DNA of 64,000 bases, taken from NCBI GenBank assembly GCA_038087875.1, contig CM075997.1, positions 5,954,001 to 6,018,000 of the forward strand, read 5' to 3'. Positions 25,590 to 38,985 of the stretch are shown piece by piece. This DNA comes from Malacoraja senta. Taxonomy: Eukaryota. The position numbers and the translations under genes were made by a program. Below the pieces are notes generated by a model. It saw nothing but the letters and a program-made list of their open reading frames with translations. It was not told the DNA's origin and searched no databases. Within the stretch, counting starts at the first letter, position 1. Each line of letters begins with the position of its first letter.

Positions 25590-26338
25590 AAAGGAGGTGT
25601 CTTGCTTGTCTAATCGTTTCAGGAGCATTATAGTTGGTAAACATGACAATTAATTTTGCAGCATGCATCTGGGTTTAGATGCTGGTTAAAACGGAGATCT
25701 TTGGATTCTGATCAAGAGGAACATTAAACTTGATTTGTGAGGTTGTGAGCTGAATGGCATTTTTTAATGTGGAAGCCGCAACAAATGGTATCTCTGCTCG
25801 GTGTAACTGCCACACTCAAGTGTGAGATCACAGTGCATGGGGCAGTGGTAATGATTCCATAGTACCCATTATCAAATCTATTAATATGCTTCTAATCACC
25901 AACTAATCACCAGCTGTGACAGGACTACCAGACATTATTCCCCACATTGAGGAAATTTTTCCCTATCATAACGTATTTGACATGATCTTATAAGGCATGA
26001 TTTAATGCTAATGTAAGAGGGTTCAGTAAGGTTGGAGATACTCAGACTTCCACACACTTTCCATTGATATTGAGGTTCCACTGATAATCAAATGGGGTGA
26101 AACTGTGAAATAGTAGATGCCTGAATTCAGTGGACGGTGTGTTCTCAAATACAGTTGGTTTGAAAGGAAGTAAATAGATATGAGAAACAAAGTATGGTAA
26201 TATATTGATGAATAACCAGTGAATATCGATCACTTCTATCACAGAACTGGGTTTTAATTCATGGACTTTCAGTAGAAAACAATTGGAGATACCTATTTTA
26301 AAACGTATAACTCTTTTGTTGGAGCCTGAGTCTGTTGA
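25590..26338 (-). pseudogene. Endogenous foamy virus env remnant, piece 2 (TM ectodomain)
   Basis: EPSYISIKSC...PQCG.CLV...RFDNGYYGIITTAPC...VAVTPSRDTICCGFHIK...ETIRQARHLL is colinear with foamy TM YLHLEDC...QPCG..CPV...PLKNGSYLVLASSTDC...IVTVNETTSCFGLDFK...EQIERAKAELL. Confidence 0.8.
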
Positions 26339-28871
26339 TTTTATTTTGAAGTCTTGTGACGAGACTGCATGAAGAACCCGCCAGCCGGCATGCGCGTCTA
26401 TACGTCGTCGCATGGCGCGGGATTCGGATGCATTCGAAAAAAGGTTTTTTTTCCACGAACGGCCCGCAGCGGGCTCAGAGAGGCTGACAGGCTCCACCTG
26501 TACAGCTACCACCTTTGAGGCTCCGGAAGGGAGCAAGCGGCTGGCCGGTCTCGGAGTAACTGGCAGGCGTGACCTGCACAGTAATCTCCAGCAAGGCTCC
26601 GATATGGAGCAGCCTGTCATAGAAACATAGAAACACGCTGGAACATCATTTGCCATCCTCTCGGGGATAGGTAAACCAATAAAGGCCGAACTGGCATGTA
26701 GCATTATTACCTGTCTTGCAGGTTCGTGATGTAAAAAGTAAATAAATAAATAATAAAAAGCAAAAGCTCCGTAAGGGAGCAGTTTGGCGATCCAAGTTGA
26801 GGGAAGGCCAAAACGGGAAAATGTCCAAAAGTACAATATTGGGCAGGAAGGTACCACCTCAACATCCATTGAGTATATCATCTGTAGGCTCTCAATACTG
26901 TAAATCCTGATTGAGAGGCTGGTCGAAGGGAATGTGTTGCGCACATTGGCGACCGAGACAGGTAGTTCCAGTCAGATGTCGGCGGCAGCAATACCTGGTT
27001 CAGGGTTGCATTATGATATCTCCCACTCTGAGGAGGGGTGTTTTGAGGATTATTCGTGGAGACTCTGACTATGAGTCTTTCCAATATCTTCTCAAGGTTG
27101 AAGAAAAGTGGAGGATGCCAAATCATTCTAGGATTTGGCTAGTCTGAACATGTGCTTGGAATATAACTATTTTAAGATGGATATTTTTCACTCAGCAAAA
27201 TAGCTGATTACAGAGGATTGATTGCTTTAGGGCCTCAATCGATCTCGAAGATGCATACTATTCCATATCAATACACGAGAGTCACAGGATTTATCTGAAG
27301 TTTATCTGGCAAGGCCAGGGTATTTATCGGAAGATGCCTCCTAAGATAATTCAAAACGAGGCAACATGAATTATAGTAGTGCCAAATTGGCCTACTCAAT
27401 CATGGCTTCCATTGTAAATAAGTCCGCTGAAAGAAGCTCCTATATTTGCTCGAAGAAACGAGGAGTGGCTAGTTCAACCTATCTCTCGTGCACCTATCAC
27501 TGCATGGTTGTATGGAAAGTTTGTGAAGAGGCACATGTGAGCTACTTTTAAACGGAAGTATCAGAGGTTTGTGAGTTTCTTTCAGTTTGGGTTTATGAGA
27601 AGTGACTATGTTATAGCACAATTAACACTGCTCGTAGTGCTTTGTCATCGTATCTAGTACTAGAAGTGGGACAATAAACTATTGGCTCTCACCCATTGGT
27701 GACTAAGGTTATGGAAGGTGTCTTTTATATGAACACCCTAAAGCCTAGATACAAAGTAGTGTGGAATGTGTAATCACTATAATTTTTAATGCAGATTATC
27801 ATCAGCAGTATCCCTAACATTGGAGCAGTTACTCTTAAGTTAGTCATGCTTATGACACTGATTTCAGCATGAAGAGCACAGTCTTTACACAATCTCCGTC
27901 TGGATCACTTGATCATATCTGACAAGAGGGTAGCATTTTATGTGAATGAACTCATAAAGCAGAGCAGGCACGGTTGGGTGCAAGTTGGAGTTGACAGCAT
28001 ACCCACCAGATCGGAGATTGTGGGTGTTTATTATGTGAAAAGGTACACTGAGGTTACTAAGAACCTATGAGATGAAGGAAAAATGTTCATAGTTATATAA
28101 TAGTTTCACAAGAGATTGTTGGTGCAGACTATTTCAAGATGGATAGAGTGTAAGCAGCTGAAAGCGGGAGTGAATACAAATAATTTGAAGTCTCACTCTA
28201 CCAGGGCGGCTGGCTCGTCAGCAGCCAATAGAATGGATATTCCCCTTTGATCACTTTCTTGCAACAGCAGGAGGCTCAGATGAACGCACTTTCGGAAGTT
28301 ATAAAATATCGTTGAACATGTCTGGACGTTTGCAGATAGAATTCTGGACAGTGCTACATGAGCTATTGTCTAACTCAAAGGCAATTGGGACTGTGGTCCA
28401 ATTAAGGGCGATGTACATGTATGTAAAGTTAGCATCATGTTGTTAATGGCCCATGTCTTTTCTACCATTTATGGTTTATCTGTGTAGTGTGTTCACATAT
28501 AGATTGGTTTACTGCATGAAACCACAGAGCTTCGAAGGCTTCACGTAGTCTCGTCACGAGACTTCAAAATAAAATAGAAAGATTAAACGAGAACTTACTG
28601 TTTGAAGTTTGATCTTTATTTTATAAGAAGTTGGAGTGAGAGACTACGTGCCCTCGACTCCCAACCCTGAATCTCATAAAGATCATTCGGTAAGTCAAGA
28701 TTATTAATCTTTCTATAGTTTAATTTGGTGCAAGTGGTCTGTGGTTTCATACAGTTGCTTTGAAGATTGACGCGCATGCGGGCTAGCAGGTTCTTCATGT
28801 AGTCTCTCACTCCAACATCTCATAAAATAAAGATCAAACTTCAAATGGTATGTTCTTGTTTAATCTTTCTA
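26339..28871 (+). mobile_element. DIRS1-like tyrosine-recombinase retrotransposon, internally deleted
   Basis: Left ITR 26339-26398, right ITR 28769-28806, ICR 28539-28650 complementary to both ends; RT remnant DLEDAYYSISIH (27241), IVVPNWPTQSW, YR remnants YSTINTARSALS...HPLV...KPRY and KSHSTRAA. Confidence 0.92.
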
Positions 28872-29260
28872 TTAAATCACATGAGAGGAAATCCCAGGGC
28901 ACCAGTCCTAATGTTAGGCTAGGAGTCTTCATTGAAGTTGTTGTTGACCACCATCAAACTATGATAAGACCGGATTTGATCACCAAGGACAAGGTGCTGT
29001 GTGAGCTTGCTGTGTAAGCCCAGTTACCCAGGTAGTATATTGGGAAATATTCTTTGATATTCTGATTTGATTGAACTTCGTCCAACCATTCTTGATGAAT
29101 ATCAAGTGCTTCTCGTATATTTTTTATTCCATCACCCAGAATTTTTTCTTTCAAGGTGGACTTGCATGTTTGCTTTGAGACACTCAATACAGATTGACCA
29201 ATAAGATTATTCCAAGATGCATCTCCGTTATAAATTTTAAAAAGTGGGTGATTTTCCATT
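28872..29260 (-). pseudogene. Endogenous foamy virus env remnant, piece 1 (SU C-terminus/TM N-terminus, internally deleted)
   Basis: SVSKQTCKSTLKEKILGDGIKNIREALDIHQEWLDEV resembles SLYQECKIASKAYGIDTVLFSLKNFLNYTGTPVNEM; ends TLGLVPWDFLS (cf. ERRIDWTYMS) at the DIRS junction. Confidence 0.6.
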
Positions 29261-29264
29261 GTCT

Positions 29265-29850
29265 ATCAACCTCGGGAATCAGATGTGACCAGACGGCATT
29301 AACTAGATTCAACATTTTACTGGTTAACCTTTGCAACATTTGTTATAATGATTTGTTGTTGGCCTTAATTATGCTCTGTGTATTTTTTTAGATTGGCATA
29401 GTTGATAACTAATCACTATTGTTCGTCAGCTTTTCTTCACCAAACATGGGCGAATTAAATTGAGAAGTTTCTTTGACTAAAATCAGTGTTGATTTATGGA
29501 GTCCACAGTTTCTTGTACAGATTGTTTTCATCAATGTACAGGAATATACCAATGATTCTGATGAGGGAATGGATTGCATCCTGATTTAGTTGCTTTAGTA
29601 TCAACCGTCCCACAGTGGTTTGGATGCTGTTGTAGGTAATCATCGTACTTGCATAACATATTTTTAAACATCTCTTTGAGTGTACCCTTTCTAGAGTCCT
29701 AAGCATAAATCTAGATTTTAAGCTGTATCTTTATAAAATATTCACAAGAAACACTGAATAGAGAGAGAGAGTGAGATTATTGCTGTATCAACCTCTAATT
29801 CAAAGACTGATTTACTGCCTTCGTCTCTTTTTCTAAATGTGTTTAGCTGT
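29265..29850 (-). pseudogene. Endogenous foamy virus pol remnant (PR C-terminus and RT N-terminus)
   Basis: Frameshifted translation KEMFKNMLCKYDDYLQQHPNHCG...KQSVQETVD...LVKETSQFNSPMF...LVINYANL...MLNLVNAVWSHLIPE parallels prototype foamy KTLFVKYDNLWQHWENQVG...NSTMNTPVY...MVLDYREV...LDLANGFWAHPITP. Confidence 0.7.
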
Positions 29851-31087
29851 CCATGATCCAGATTTCAGGCGGTGGTTTTCCCCTTCCTGACCAAGGAAGA
29901 GATCCTTCCAGCTAACATAACTCTGAAACAGTTTGATTATAAAAATTGAAGCATGTTTAATTAAGAGAAATAATTCCTAAAAAGATATTATAAAACATTT
30001 TAAAAATACGTACATTTTTTAGAATACTAGAAAATATACCAATGAGTCGCCGACAAGTAAGTCGTCCGTGGATGACGGAGGCTGAGGAATGCATTATGTC
30101 CTTACTTTATTTCATCTAACTTCTCTCCTACTCCTAAAACTCTTCTAATTTTTATATTGTTTTTCTTGAGAATATGTGAGATTTAAATTAACCAGACTAA
30201 GTGGCTGTAAATTAGTATGCTTTTACTATATATATTATCACCACACAGATTATGCATGCTACACATTCCTTATGTAGTCCGGTCCAGATCTTCATCCCTA
30301 CCCTGGGCACTTCGGTCCTATATCCGGTGCGTTACTCTCTCTCTTTAGATTTGATGCAGACCACGGGGATGAAAGCATGTCGTGTTCCCTCCGCTTGTAC
30401 TGCAATAAAGACTATGAGTTCTAACCTCTATGTGTGGGTCTGATCATTCAACAGTGGTTGGCATAATTTGGTCGGTGTAGATTAAGTAAATGTAAGCCTT
30501 ATCCTTTTATGAATACCACACTCCTTATAAGGTTACTGTGTACTTTATGGTTCCTTTTCTCCCATCAGTCTTTGGTATAGGATGATTCTATTCTTAATGA
30601 CATAATGGGTCAGTAATATCTCTCTTGATACTAAGGGGAAAAAACATGCACTTATGTTAATCCACATTAAGATCAGCTTCAGCTGCTGGCTAAAAGCCTT
30701 TTGACCCCAAATCAGCATCAGCTGCTGTGTTAAAAGCTTTTGTGTTACAAAACTGAGATTAGCAAAAGGCCTTTTCAGCCCGGGTTGTGAATATCCATCA
30801 CACTGTCAGATCTGTGGCACAGTGGGGTAGAGTGAAGTCAGACGGGGATATAATGATAGGACACCCATTAACAAGAGAGACAGACAGGAGACAGAAGGCA
30901 AACGGGATTCTAGGATGGTGTGTTGCCTCGCTGGTGTCAGAGTCCAGCATAACACAGTGTGGCTGCAGAACATTCTCGAAGGGTGGGGATGAGCAGCTAG
31001 AAGTTGTTGTGTACGTTGCTACAAATTACATAGGTAGGAAAAAGAATGAGGTTCTGCAGAGTGAAAACTGAGTTAGGCAAAGAGGTT

Positions 31088-32533
31088 AATAATAATAATA
31101 ATAATATCTTTTATTGTCACTGCACATAGGTGCAACGAGATTTGGTATGCAGCTTCCATCCGATGTCATAACTTAAACAGCTAAAATTTAGATACCCAGA
31201 GAAACATGATTTATAAAAAAGAACAGTAAAACAGTATAAAATGCAAATAGGTCTGTGCCGGGTCGATGTGCGACGTGACCATCCGACGGAGACAGTTCAT
31301 GGGGAGGTGGGGGGGCACTCAGCAGGGCCGGTTCAGAGCAGCTATGGCTCTGGGGATGAAGCTGTTCCTGAGTCTAGAGGTGCGGGCATAGAAGGCCTTG
31401 TAACGTCTGCCGGAAGGTAGAAGTTCGAACAGACTATTACAAGGGTGTGAGGAGTCTTTGTGAATGCTGACGGCCTTCCTGAGGCACTGTGTGTAGTAGA
31501 TGCCCTCCAAGGCTGGTAGCTGTGTCCCAATTATCTTCTGCGCTCTGTGGACGACGCGCTGAAGAGCTCTCCTCTCCGCCTCCGTGCAGCTGAGATACCA
31601 CACAGAGATGCCATATGTTAGTATGCTCTCTGTGGTGCAGCGGTAGAAGGTTGTCAGCAGCTGTTGGGGCAGACCAGTCTTTTTCAGTGTTCTCAGGAAG
31701 AAAAATCAGTTGTTGCTGTGCCTTCTTGACCAGCGCAGCGGTGTTGGTGGACATGTGAAGTCCTCCGAAATGTGTGTGCCCAGAAACCTAAAGCTGGACA
31801 CTCTCTCCACACTGTTCCCGTTGATAGAGATTGGAGCGTATTCCCCATTATGTGTCCTTCTGAAGTTGATAATCAGCTCCTTGGTCTTAGATGTGTTTAG
31901 GGACAAGTTGTTACATGAGCACCAGCCTGCCAGGTTCTGCACCTCCGCTCTGTAGTTTGTTTCATCACCGTTGGTGATCAGCCCGATCACCGTTGTGTCG
32001 TCTGCAAACTTGACAATGATGTTGGTGTCGAATGCAGGAACACAGTCGTGTGTGAAGAGGGAGTAGAGCATGGGGCTCAGTACACAGCCCTGTGGTGTGC
32101 CAGTGCTTAGGGTGATAGTGGAGGACAGGTGCGGGCCCAGTCTCACTGCCTGCGTTCGCTCCGTCAGGAAATTCAGGATCCAGTCGCATATCGGCGAGCT
32201 GCGGCCTAGCTGGTGGAGTTTGGTGGTGAGCTTGGTGGGGATGACCGTGTTGAAGGCAGAGCTATAGTCTATGAAGAGCATCCTCACGTATGTGCCCTGT
32301 CTTTCCAGGTGAGTCAGGACAGTGTGAAGAGCCAGAGAGATGGCATCCTCTGTGGATCTATTTGCCCTGTATGCAAATTGATGTGAGTCCAGTGAGGCAG
32401 GGATGCTGGATTTGATGTGTGAGAGGACCAGCCTTTCAAAGCACTTCATGGGTATTGGAGTTAAGGCAACCGGACGGTAGTCGTTCAGGTTGGTGATTTT
32501 TGACACCGGCACTATGGTAGCTGTCTTCAGGGG
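31088..32533 (-). mobile_element. Rex1/Babar LINE 3' half, nested in a + strand CR1 fragment (~30785-33105)
   Basis: [49 protein letters not shown]; (TAA)n tail 31088-31105. Confidence 0.9.
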
Positions 32534-34898
32534 AGTAATCTCTGGATTACTCCTGGTGCCAGTGAGGGTAGACATAGGAAGATACAAGTGAGTGCATGGC
32601 TAAGGAATTGATGCAGGCAGAGGGATTCAGATTTTTGGACTATTTGAATCTATTCTGGGGCAGGTTGTAGGGGGGCCAATATCAGACATTTTACTGATTG
32701 GGAGAGTATAAATTAGATTGGCAGGAAGACAAGATAGATTGCAGCAGTGGACATTAGTACATAAGTTAATAACAGCAAGTTCAGTGGACAGGTTAGGCAG
32801 GAGCATGGTAGTGATCAAGTTGGATGAAATTGCATTTATTTCAATACTAGAGGCCTTGCAGTTAAGCAGTAGAATAAACTCAGGGCGTGGATAGGTACGT
32901 GTGAATGGAACGCTATACCCATTCTGGAACCTTGGCCAAACAAGGACAAGGCTGGCAGCTTAATGTTCCTGGGTACAGGTGCTACAGGAAAGATAGCAGA
33001 GGCGGGGGAATTGTTAGACTGATTAAGGAAAACATCATGGCTATAGCCCAAGATGACTTTACTGAAGGGTCATCTAGTAAAGCTGTATGGGTAGAGTTGG
33101 GAGGGTCTTGACCTGAAACGCCACCTATTCCTTTCCTCTAAAGATGCTGCATGACCCTCTGAAGAAGGGTCTCGACCCGAAGCGTCACCCATTCCTTCTC
33201 TCCAGGGATGCTGCCTGTCCTGCTGAGTTACTCCAGCATTTTGTGTATATCTAAGGTTTAAACCAGCATCTGCAGTTCCTTCCTACACATTTTCTGCTGC
33301 CTGACCCGCTGAGGTACTCTAGCTTTTTGTGTCTACCTTCAGTTTGAACTAGCATCTGCAGTCCCTTCCTACACAGAGAAGTTGGGACCTTGTGTTATAG
33401 TGGTACAAGATGTTGCTGAGGCCGCACTTTGAGTAATGTGCTATTTATAGACCATCCTGCTCTAGGAAAGGTGCCACAAAGCTGGAAAGGATGCAGAGAA
33501 GATTTATAAGGATGTTGCCAAAACTCGAGGGCCTGAGCTATAATGAGAGACTGGGCAGGCTAGGACTTTATTCCTTGGATCGCAGTAGGATGATGGTTAT
33601 CTTATATATGTGTATAACATCATGAGGGGATGAGATGGGATTAAAAAGCTAAGGGAATCAAGAACAAGAGGGCATAGGTTAAGGTGAGAAGGGAAAAATC
33701 TAATAGGAACCTGAGGGGCAACGTTTTCACATAGCAAATGGGGTGGGTATATGGAACGAGCTTCCAAGGGAAATAGTTGAGGCAGGTGCAATAACAATGT
33801 TTAAAGACATTTGTACAGTACATGGATAAGAAAGGTGTAGAGGCATGTGGGCCAAAAGCAGACAAATGGCACAAGCTTTATTGGGGCGTCTTGGTCGGCA
33901 TGAACAATTTGACTTGAAGGGCCTGTTTCTGTGCTGGATGACTCAATTACTCGAGAATTTGAGTAATCCAGATTTTGGGACAACAATCCAGAGAAATGAG
34001 ATCAAATCCCAGTTGTGGTATCGAAATTCAGTGAATTAAATAAACTAGAATTTAATATAAAGGTAGTGCCTATGGAACCAACAGATGTAAAAATCCATAT
34101 GGTTCACTGATGTATTTCATGGAAGGAAACTTGTATCCTTATTGAGCCTAGCCTACATGCGCCACTCGACCAACATCCACAGTAATTGGTTGACCCTTCT
34201 TGTTATCCGCAATGGTCAAGCAAGCCATCCAGTTGCATCAAAAAGGATAGAATTGATCCGCTTGGCATCTGATTCTATTAATTTCCAAAGGATTTTATTG
34301 ATACATCCAGTAATGGCAGCTTTTGAATACCTTCGAGTTAGCATTTGCAAACTCGAGAAGCTGTTGTCAATTTCAAAATATAATGATAGCACTCATCAAA
34401 GACATCAAAATTTGCATCTTTGTATCAACATGATGTTGCATGTGAACAAGGTGTAATAGATAACTTAAAGGTAAACACATCATAATCCCCATTCACAGAG
34501 AAAGAACAATGTTCTTTCAATCCAGCAGATTGTTAATTGCACCTGATCCCAGCAGAAGAATTTGGTCTACCAAATGGGAAACAGAAACAGAATGCCCACA
34601 CGGATCAACCATTGGTTTTAATTGAGGGTCTAGCAGCACACTGAAGAATTGGAAGATGGCAGAACATTGATAAATACGTTATACCTGTGTTTTTATGATA
34701 TTTGTTGTGATCTGAACATTAAAAGTATGGTGTACATATCATATTGCTTGTTGCTGTAATCTGTAAATGTTGTAGGTAACTGTTGCATTACTAAATTTAC
34801 ATTTTGATTCAAACTACAATGGTTTTATAAGTTGACTTTTCTTAATGACCTCAGAGGAACGAGGATGCCTACTGATTTATTTAATTGATTCTGCTCAG

Positions 34899-34993
34899 GA
34901 ATGCGAGGTTCTACTCCACTGGATGTTGCAGCTGCTTCATGCATTGACAATAATGAACTTGCACTCGCTCTGCGGGAACCGGATATGGAAAAG
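34899..34993 (+). CDS. RYR1: Ryanodine receptor (RYR1-like) internal exon, ~human exon 42
   Basis: ctcag|GA ATG...GAA AAG|gtaat; 95 bp; (G)[31 protein letters not shown] matches the RyR central domain; GM start is RYR1-type. Confidence 0.93.
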
Positions 34994-36739
34994 GTAATAA
35001 AGATGTAATGGAACCAATACATATTCAATCAATATCAGCCGCTAAACCTAAGCAGCAGTGAAGTTGTAAGAGGAAAGAAAAAATAATGCTCAGTCGAAGT
35101 ATCCAGACCTAAAACATTGCCTGTCCATTTCCCCAAAGATGTTGCCCGACCTGCTGAGGTCCTCCAGCACTCGTGTTTTGCTCAAGATTCCAACATCTGT
35201 AGTTCCTGTGTCCCCCAAAATAATGCTTTGTTCCACATTGTTCCACATAGGATTAAAGTACTATGTAGTGCAATTTGCAAGAAAACCCTTTTAGTCTGTG
35301 CAACATTGGTACAGTGTTTTATGCTCACCCAGGTGTAAATTGCATTAAAAATAAAATAGATGCAATATGTGAACCAAGTGATATCACTTTGCACTGAGAG
35401 AAATTACTTTTCCCCCATAATAGTTTGTGGAATGAAGAGGAAATTTTGGATCAAAAGATTAGAACATGGCACTTTGCATGTCATTTGCCTTCCATTCTAT
35501 TAATTTGATGCTGTTTATCAAGAAGCTCCTGTGTTTTTTCTGTAATATTTGTTCTTTAAATATTCAGTAAAGTTCATAGTTTGCACAGAAAAAAAAGCCG
35601 ACTTATCACACATTTTGCATTTGTAGCTTTTGTTTTCTCAAAAATTCTAGTGTGATCACGTTTGGGGTAACGCCGATCTTTCTTTTACGCATGTACATAG
35701 GAAGAACAGAGCATGAGGAGGTCACCTGGTCCAAACCTGTTCTGACATTTGATAATGGCTGATCTACCCAAGACCTCAATTCATCCTGTGTGCCAAGTCT
35801 CTATAGCCTGACTTCCTTAATCTTACAAAAAATTATCTGCCACCATTTTAAATATTTCTCATGATCTACCCTCTAGGATAGGACAGATTCACTGCCCTCT
35901 GTGAGAAGAAATTTCATTGCACACCAACATTTAAATGATGACTCCTTATCTTGAATCAATATCTCCTCATTTGTGACTCTCCTCCCAGTGAAAACATCAC
36001 GACATCTCCCCTTTTATGTTCCTTTCGGATCTTGTATGTTTCAATAAGGTTTGGCCCATTGTTCTAAACTTTGGTCCTTATTTCATTGATAATGTTCTCA
36101 TACCAGGAATTAGCCTGGTGAATCTCCAAGGCCACTATATCCATCCAGATGAAGGGTCTGGGCCAAAATGTTAATTGTCCAGTTCCCTCCACAGATGCTG
36201 CTTTCACCCACTGAATTCTTCCAGCAGATTGTTAGTTGCACCAGATCCCAGCAGATGCATTCTCTTGTGTATCTACCATATCCTTTCTTTAGTAAGGAGT
36301 CCAACATTGCATTCTACTCTTGATATGGCCTTCCCAATACCTTGCATAATTGAATGAATGAATGAATGAAGGAATGAATAAGTTTATTGGCCAAGTATGT
36401 ACACATACACATACATTGTAACAAAACTTCCCTATTTGTAAATTCCAACCAGATTGAAATAAAGGCCAATATGCTATTTCTCTTCTTAATTAACTCACTG
36501 CATCTACTGGGTAACTAACTGTGGATCGTGCGTAAGTTTACTTCACCTGCTTACGTCTTTTCCATTAGATAATAATCTGTGTGTTAATCCCTCTTTCTGA
36601 AGAGCATGGCCTCATACTTTCCCACATTACATTCCTTTTGTCCACTGTATTAGTCCACTCCCTCTTTATCTATATCCCTTTGCAGCTGCGCAATATTGCC
36701 AACATGTTCTTATTGGCATACCTGGGTATCTTACATTTG

Positions 36740-36940
36740 ATGCTGGAGAAACTCAGCGGGTGAAGCAGCATCTATGGAGCGAAGGAAATAGACAATGTTT
36801 CGGGTCGAAACCCTTCTTCAGACTCGACCCGAAACGTTGCCTATTTCCTTCGCTCCATAGATGTTGCCTCACCCACTGAGTTTCTCTAGCATTTTTGTCT
36901 ACCTTCGATTTGCCAGCATCTGCAGTTCCTTCTTAAACCT
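36740..36940. repeat. Penelope-derived palindromic short repeat
   Basis: ~70-bp inverted arms ATGCTGGAGAAACTCAG...TTTCGGGTCGA / TCGACCCGAAA...CTGAGTTTCTCTAGCAT. Confidence 0.75.
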
Positions 36941-37254
36941 TACATTTGATACCCCCTTTCTCTCAGCAATGAATAAAAATAGTAAATAAATGGAGGCCAA
37001 GAATTGATCCCTGAGGTATGCTGCTTGTTACACCCTTCCATCCTGAAAATGACCCATTTTAAGCTCCAAGTTAAATTGTTTTGGAAAGGAACTGAGAATC
37101 AGACTGTCAGAATGAAATGTAGTGCATCCAAGGAAATTAATAGGTGTTGGTAATAAGAACAAAATCTGAGGATTACTCGGCAGGGCAGGTGGCAGTTATG
37201 GAGAGAGTCATCCAAGATTTCTAGGGCCACCTCCTTCCAGCTGGTCTGGGAAGA

Positions 37255-38112
37255 AGACCATCAGGCGCTGGGGATTTATCTGCCTTGGATAGAGAACTGG
37301 TTGGCAGACAGGAAGCAAAGAGTAGGAATGGATGGGTCCTTTTCAGAATGGCAGGCAGGGACTAGTGGGGTGCCGCAAGGCTCAGTGCTGGGACCCCAGT
37401 TGTTTACAATATATATTAACGATTTATATGAGTGAATTAAATGTAACATCTCTAGCTTTGCAGATGACACAAAGCTGGGTGGCAGTGTGAGCAGCGAGGA
37501 GGATGCTATGAGGCTGCACGGTGACTTGGATAGGCTGGGTGAGTGGGCAGAGGCATGGCAGATGCAGTATAATGTGGATAAATGTGAGGTTATCCATTTT
37601 GGTGGCAAGAAAAGGAAGGCAGATTATTATCTGAATGGTGTCAGATTAGGAAAAGGGGAGGTGCAACGAGACCTGGGTGTGCTTGTACATCAGTCACTGA
37701 AAGTAAACAGGCAGGTACAGCAGGCAGTGAAGAAAATCAATGGCATGTTGGCCTTCATTGAGACAGAATTCGAGTTTAGGAGCAAGGAGGTCCTACTGCA
37801 GTTGTACAGAGCTCTGGTGAGACCGCATCAGGAGTATTGTGTGCAATTTTGGTCTCCTAATTTGAGGAAGGATAGTGCTATTGAAGCAGTGCAACATAGA
37901 TACACCAGGTTAATTCCCTGGAGAGCGGGACTGACTTATGAGGTATGGGTCGACTGGGCTTGTATTCGCTGGAATGTAGAAGGATGAGAGGGTTTCTTAT
38001 AGAAATATATAACATTCTTAGAGGATTGGACAGGGTAGATGTAGGAAAAATTTCCCGATGTTGGGGAGTCCAGAACCAGGGGTCACAGTTTAAGAACAAG
38101 GGATAGGCCATT
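37255..38112 (+). mobile_element. CR1 RT fragment
   Basis: WIENWL...[10 protein letters not shown]...FADD...LVRPH motifs. Confidence 0.88.
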
Positions 38113-38985
38113 TACAATAGACAATAGGTGCAGGAGTAGGCCATTCAGCCCTTCGATCACTGTGATCATGGCTGATCATCCACAATCAGTACCCCGTACC
38201 TGCCTTTTCCCCATATCCCCTGACTCCGCTATCTTTAAGAGCCCTATCTAACTCTCTCTTGAAAGAATCCAGAGAATTGGCCTCCACTGCCTTCTGAGAC
38301 AGAGAATTCCACAGATTCGCAACCCTCTGTGTGAAAAAGTTTTTCGGCATCCCGTTCTAAATGGCTTATCCCTTATTCTTAAACTGTGGCCCCTAGCTCT
38401 TGACTCCCCCAACATCGGGAACATGTTTCCTGCCTCTAGAGTGTCCAAACCCTGAATAATCTTATATGTTTCAATAAGATTCCCTCTCATCTTTCGAAAT
38501 TCCAGAGTATACAAGCCCAGCCGCTCCATTCTATCAACATTTGATAGTCCCGCCATCCCGGGAATTAACCTCGTGAACCTATGCTACACTCCCTCAATAG
38601 TAAGAATGTCTTTCCTCAAATTTGGAGACGAAAACGGCACACAATACTCCAGGTGTGGTCTCACTAGGGTCCTGTACAACTGCAGAAGGACCTCATTGCT
38701 CTATACTCAACTCCTCTTGTTATGAAGGCTTTCTTCACTGCCTGCTGTACCTGCATGCTTACTTTCAGTGACTGATGCATAAGGACTCCCAGATCTCATT
38801 GTACTTCCCCTTTTCCCAACTTGACACCATTCAGATAATAATCTGCCTTCCTGTTTTTGCCACCAAAGGGAATAACCTCACATTTATCCACATTAAACTG
38901 CATCATAGCATCATCCTCACAGTTCACACTGCCACCCAGTTTTGTGTCATCTGCAAATTTGTTAATGTTACTTTTAATCCCTTCA
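38113..38985 (-). mobile_element. CR1 3' fragment, tail-to-tail with the preceding CR1
   Basis: ACAATAGACAATAGG tail at 38114; ORF 38248-38556. Confidence 0.88.

Noticed and set aside
26042..26944. 300-aa - strand ORF as a novel gene
   Set aside because: Chimera: the first ~200 codons are the antisense of the DIRS 5' end and the last ~100 are foamy env beyond the insertion junction
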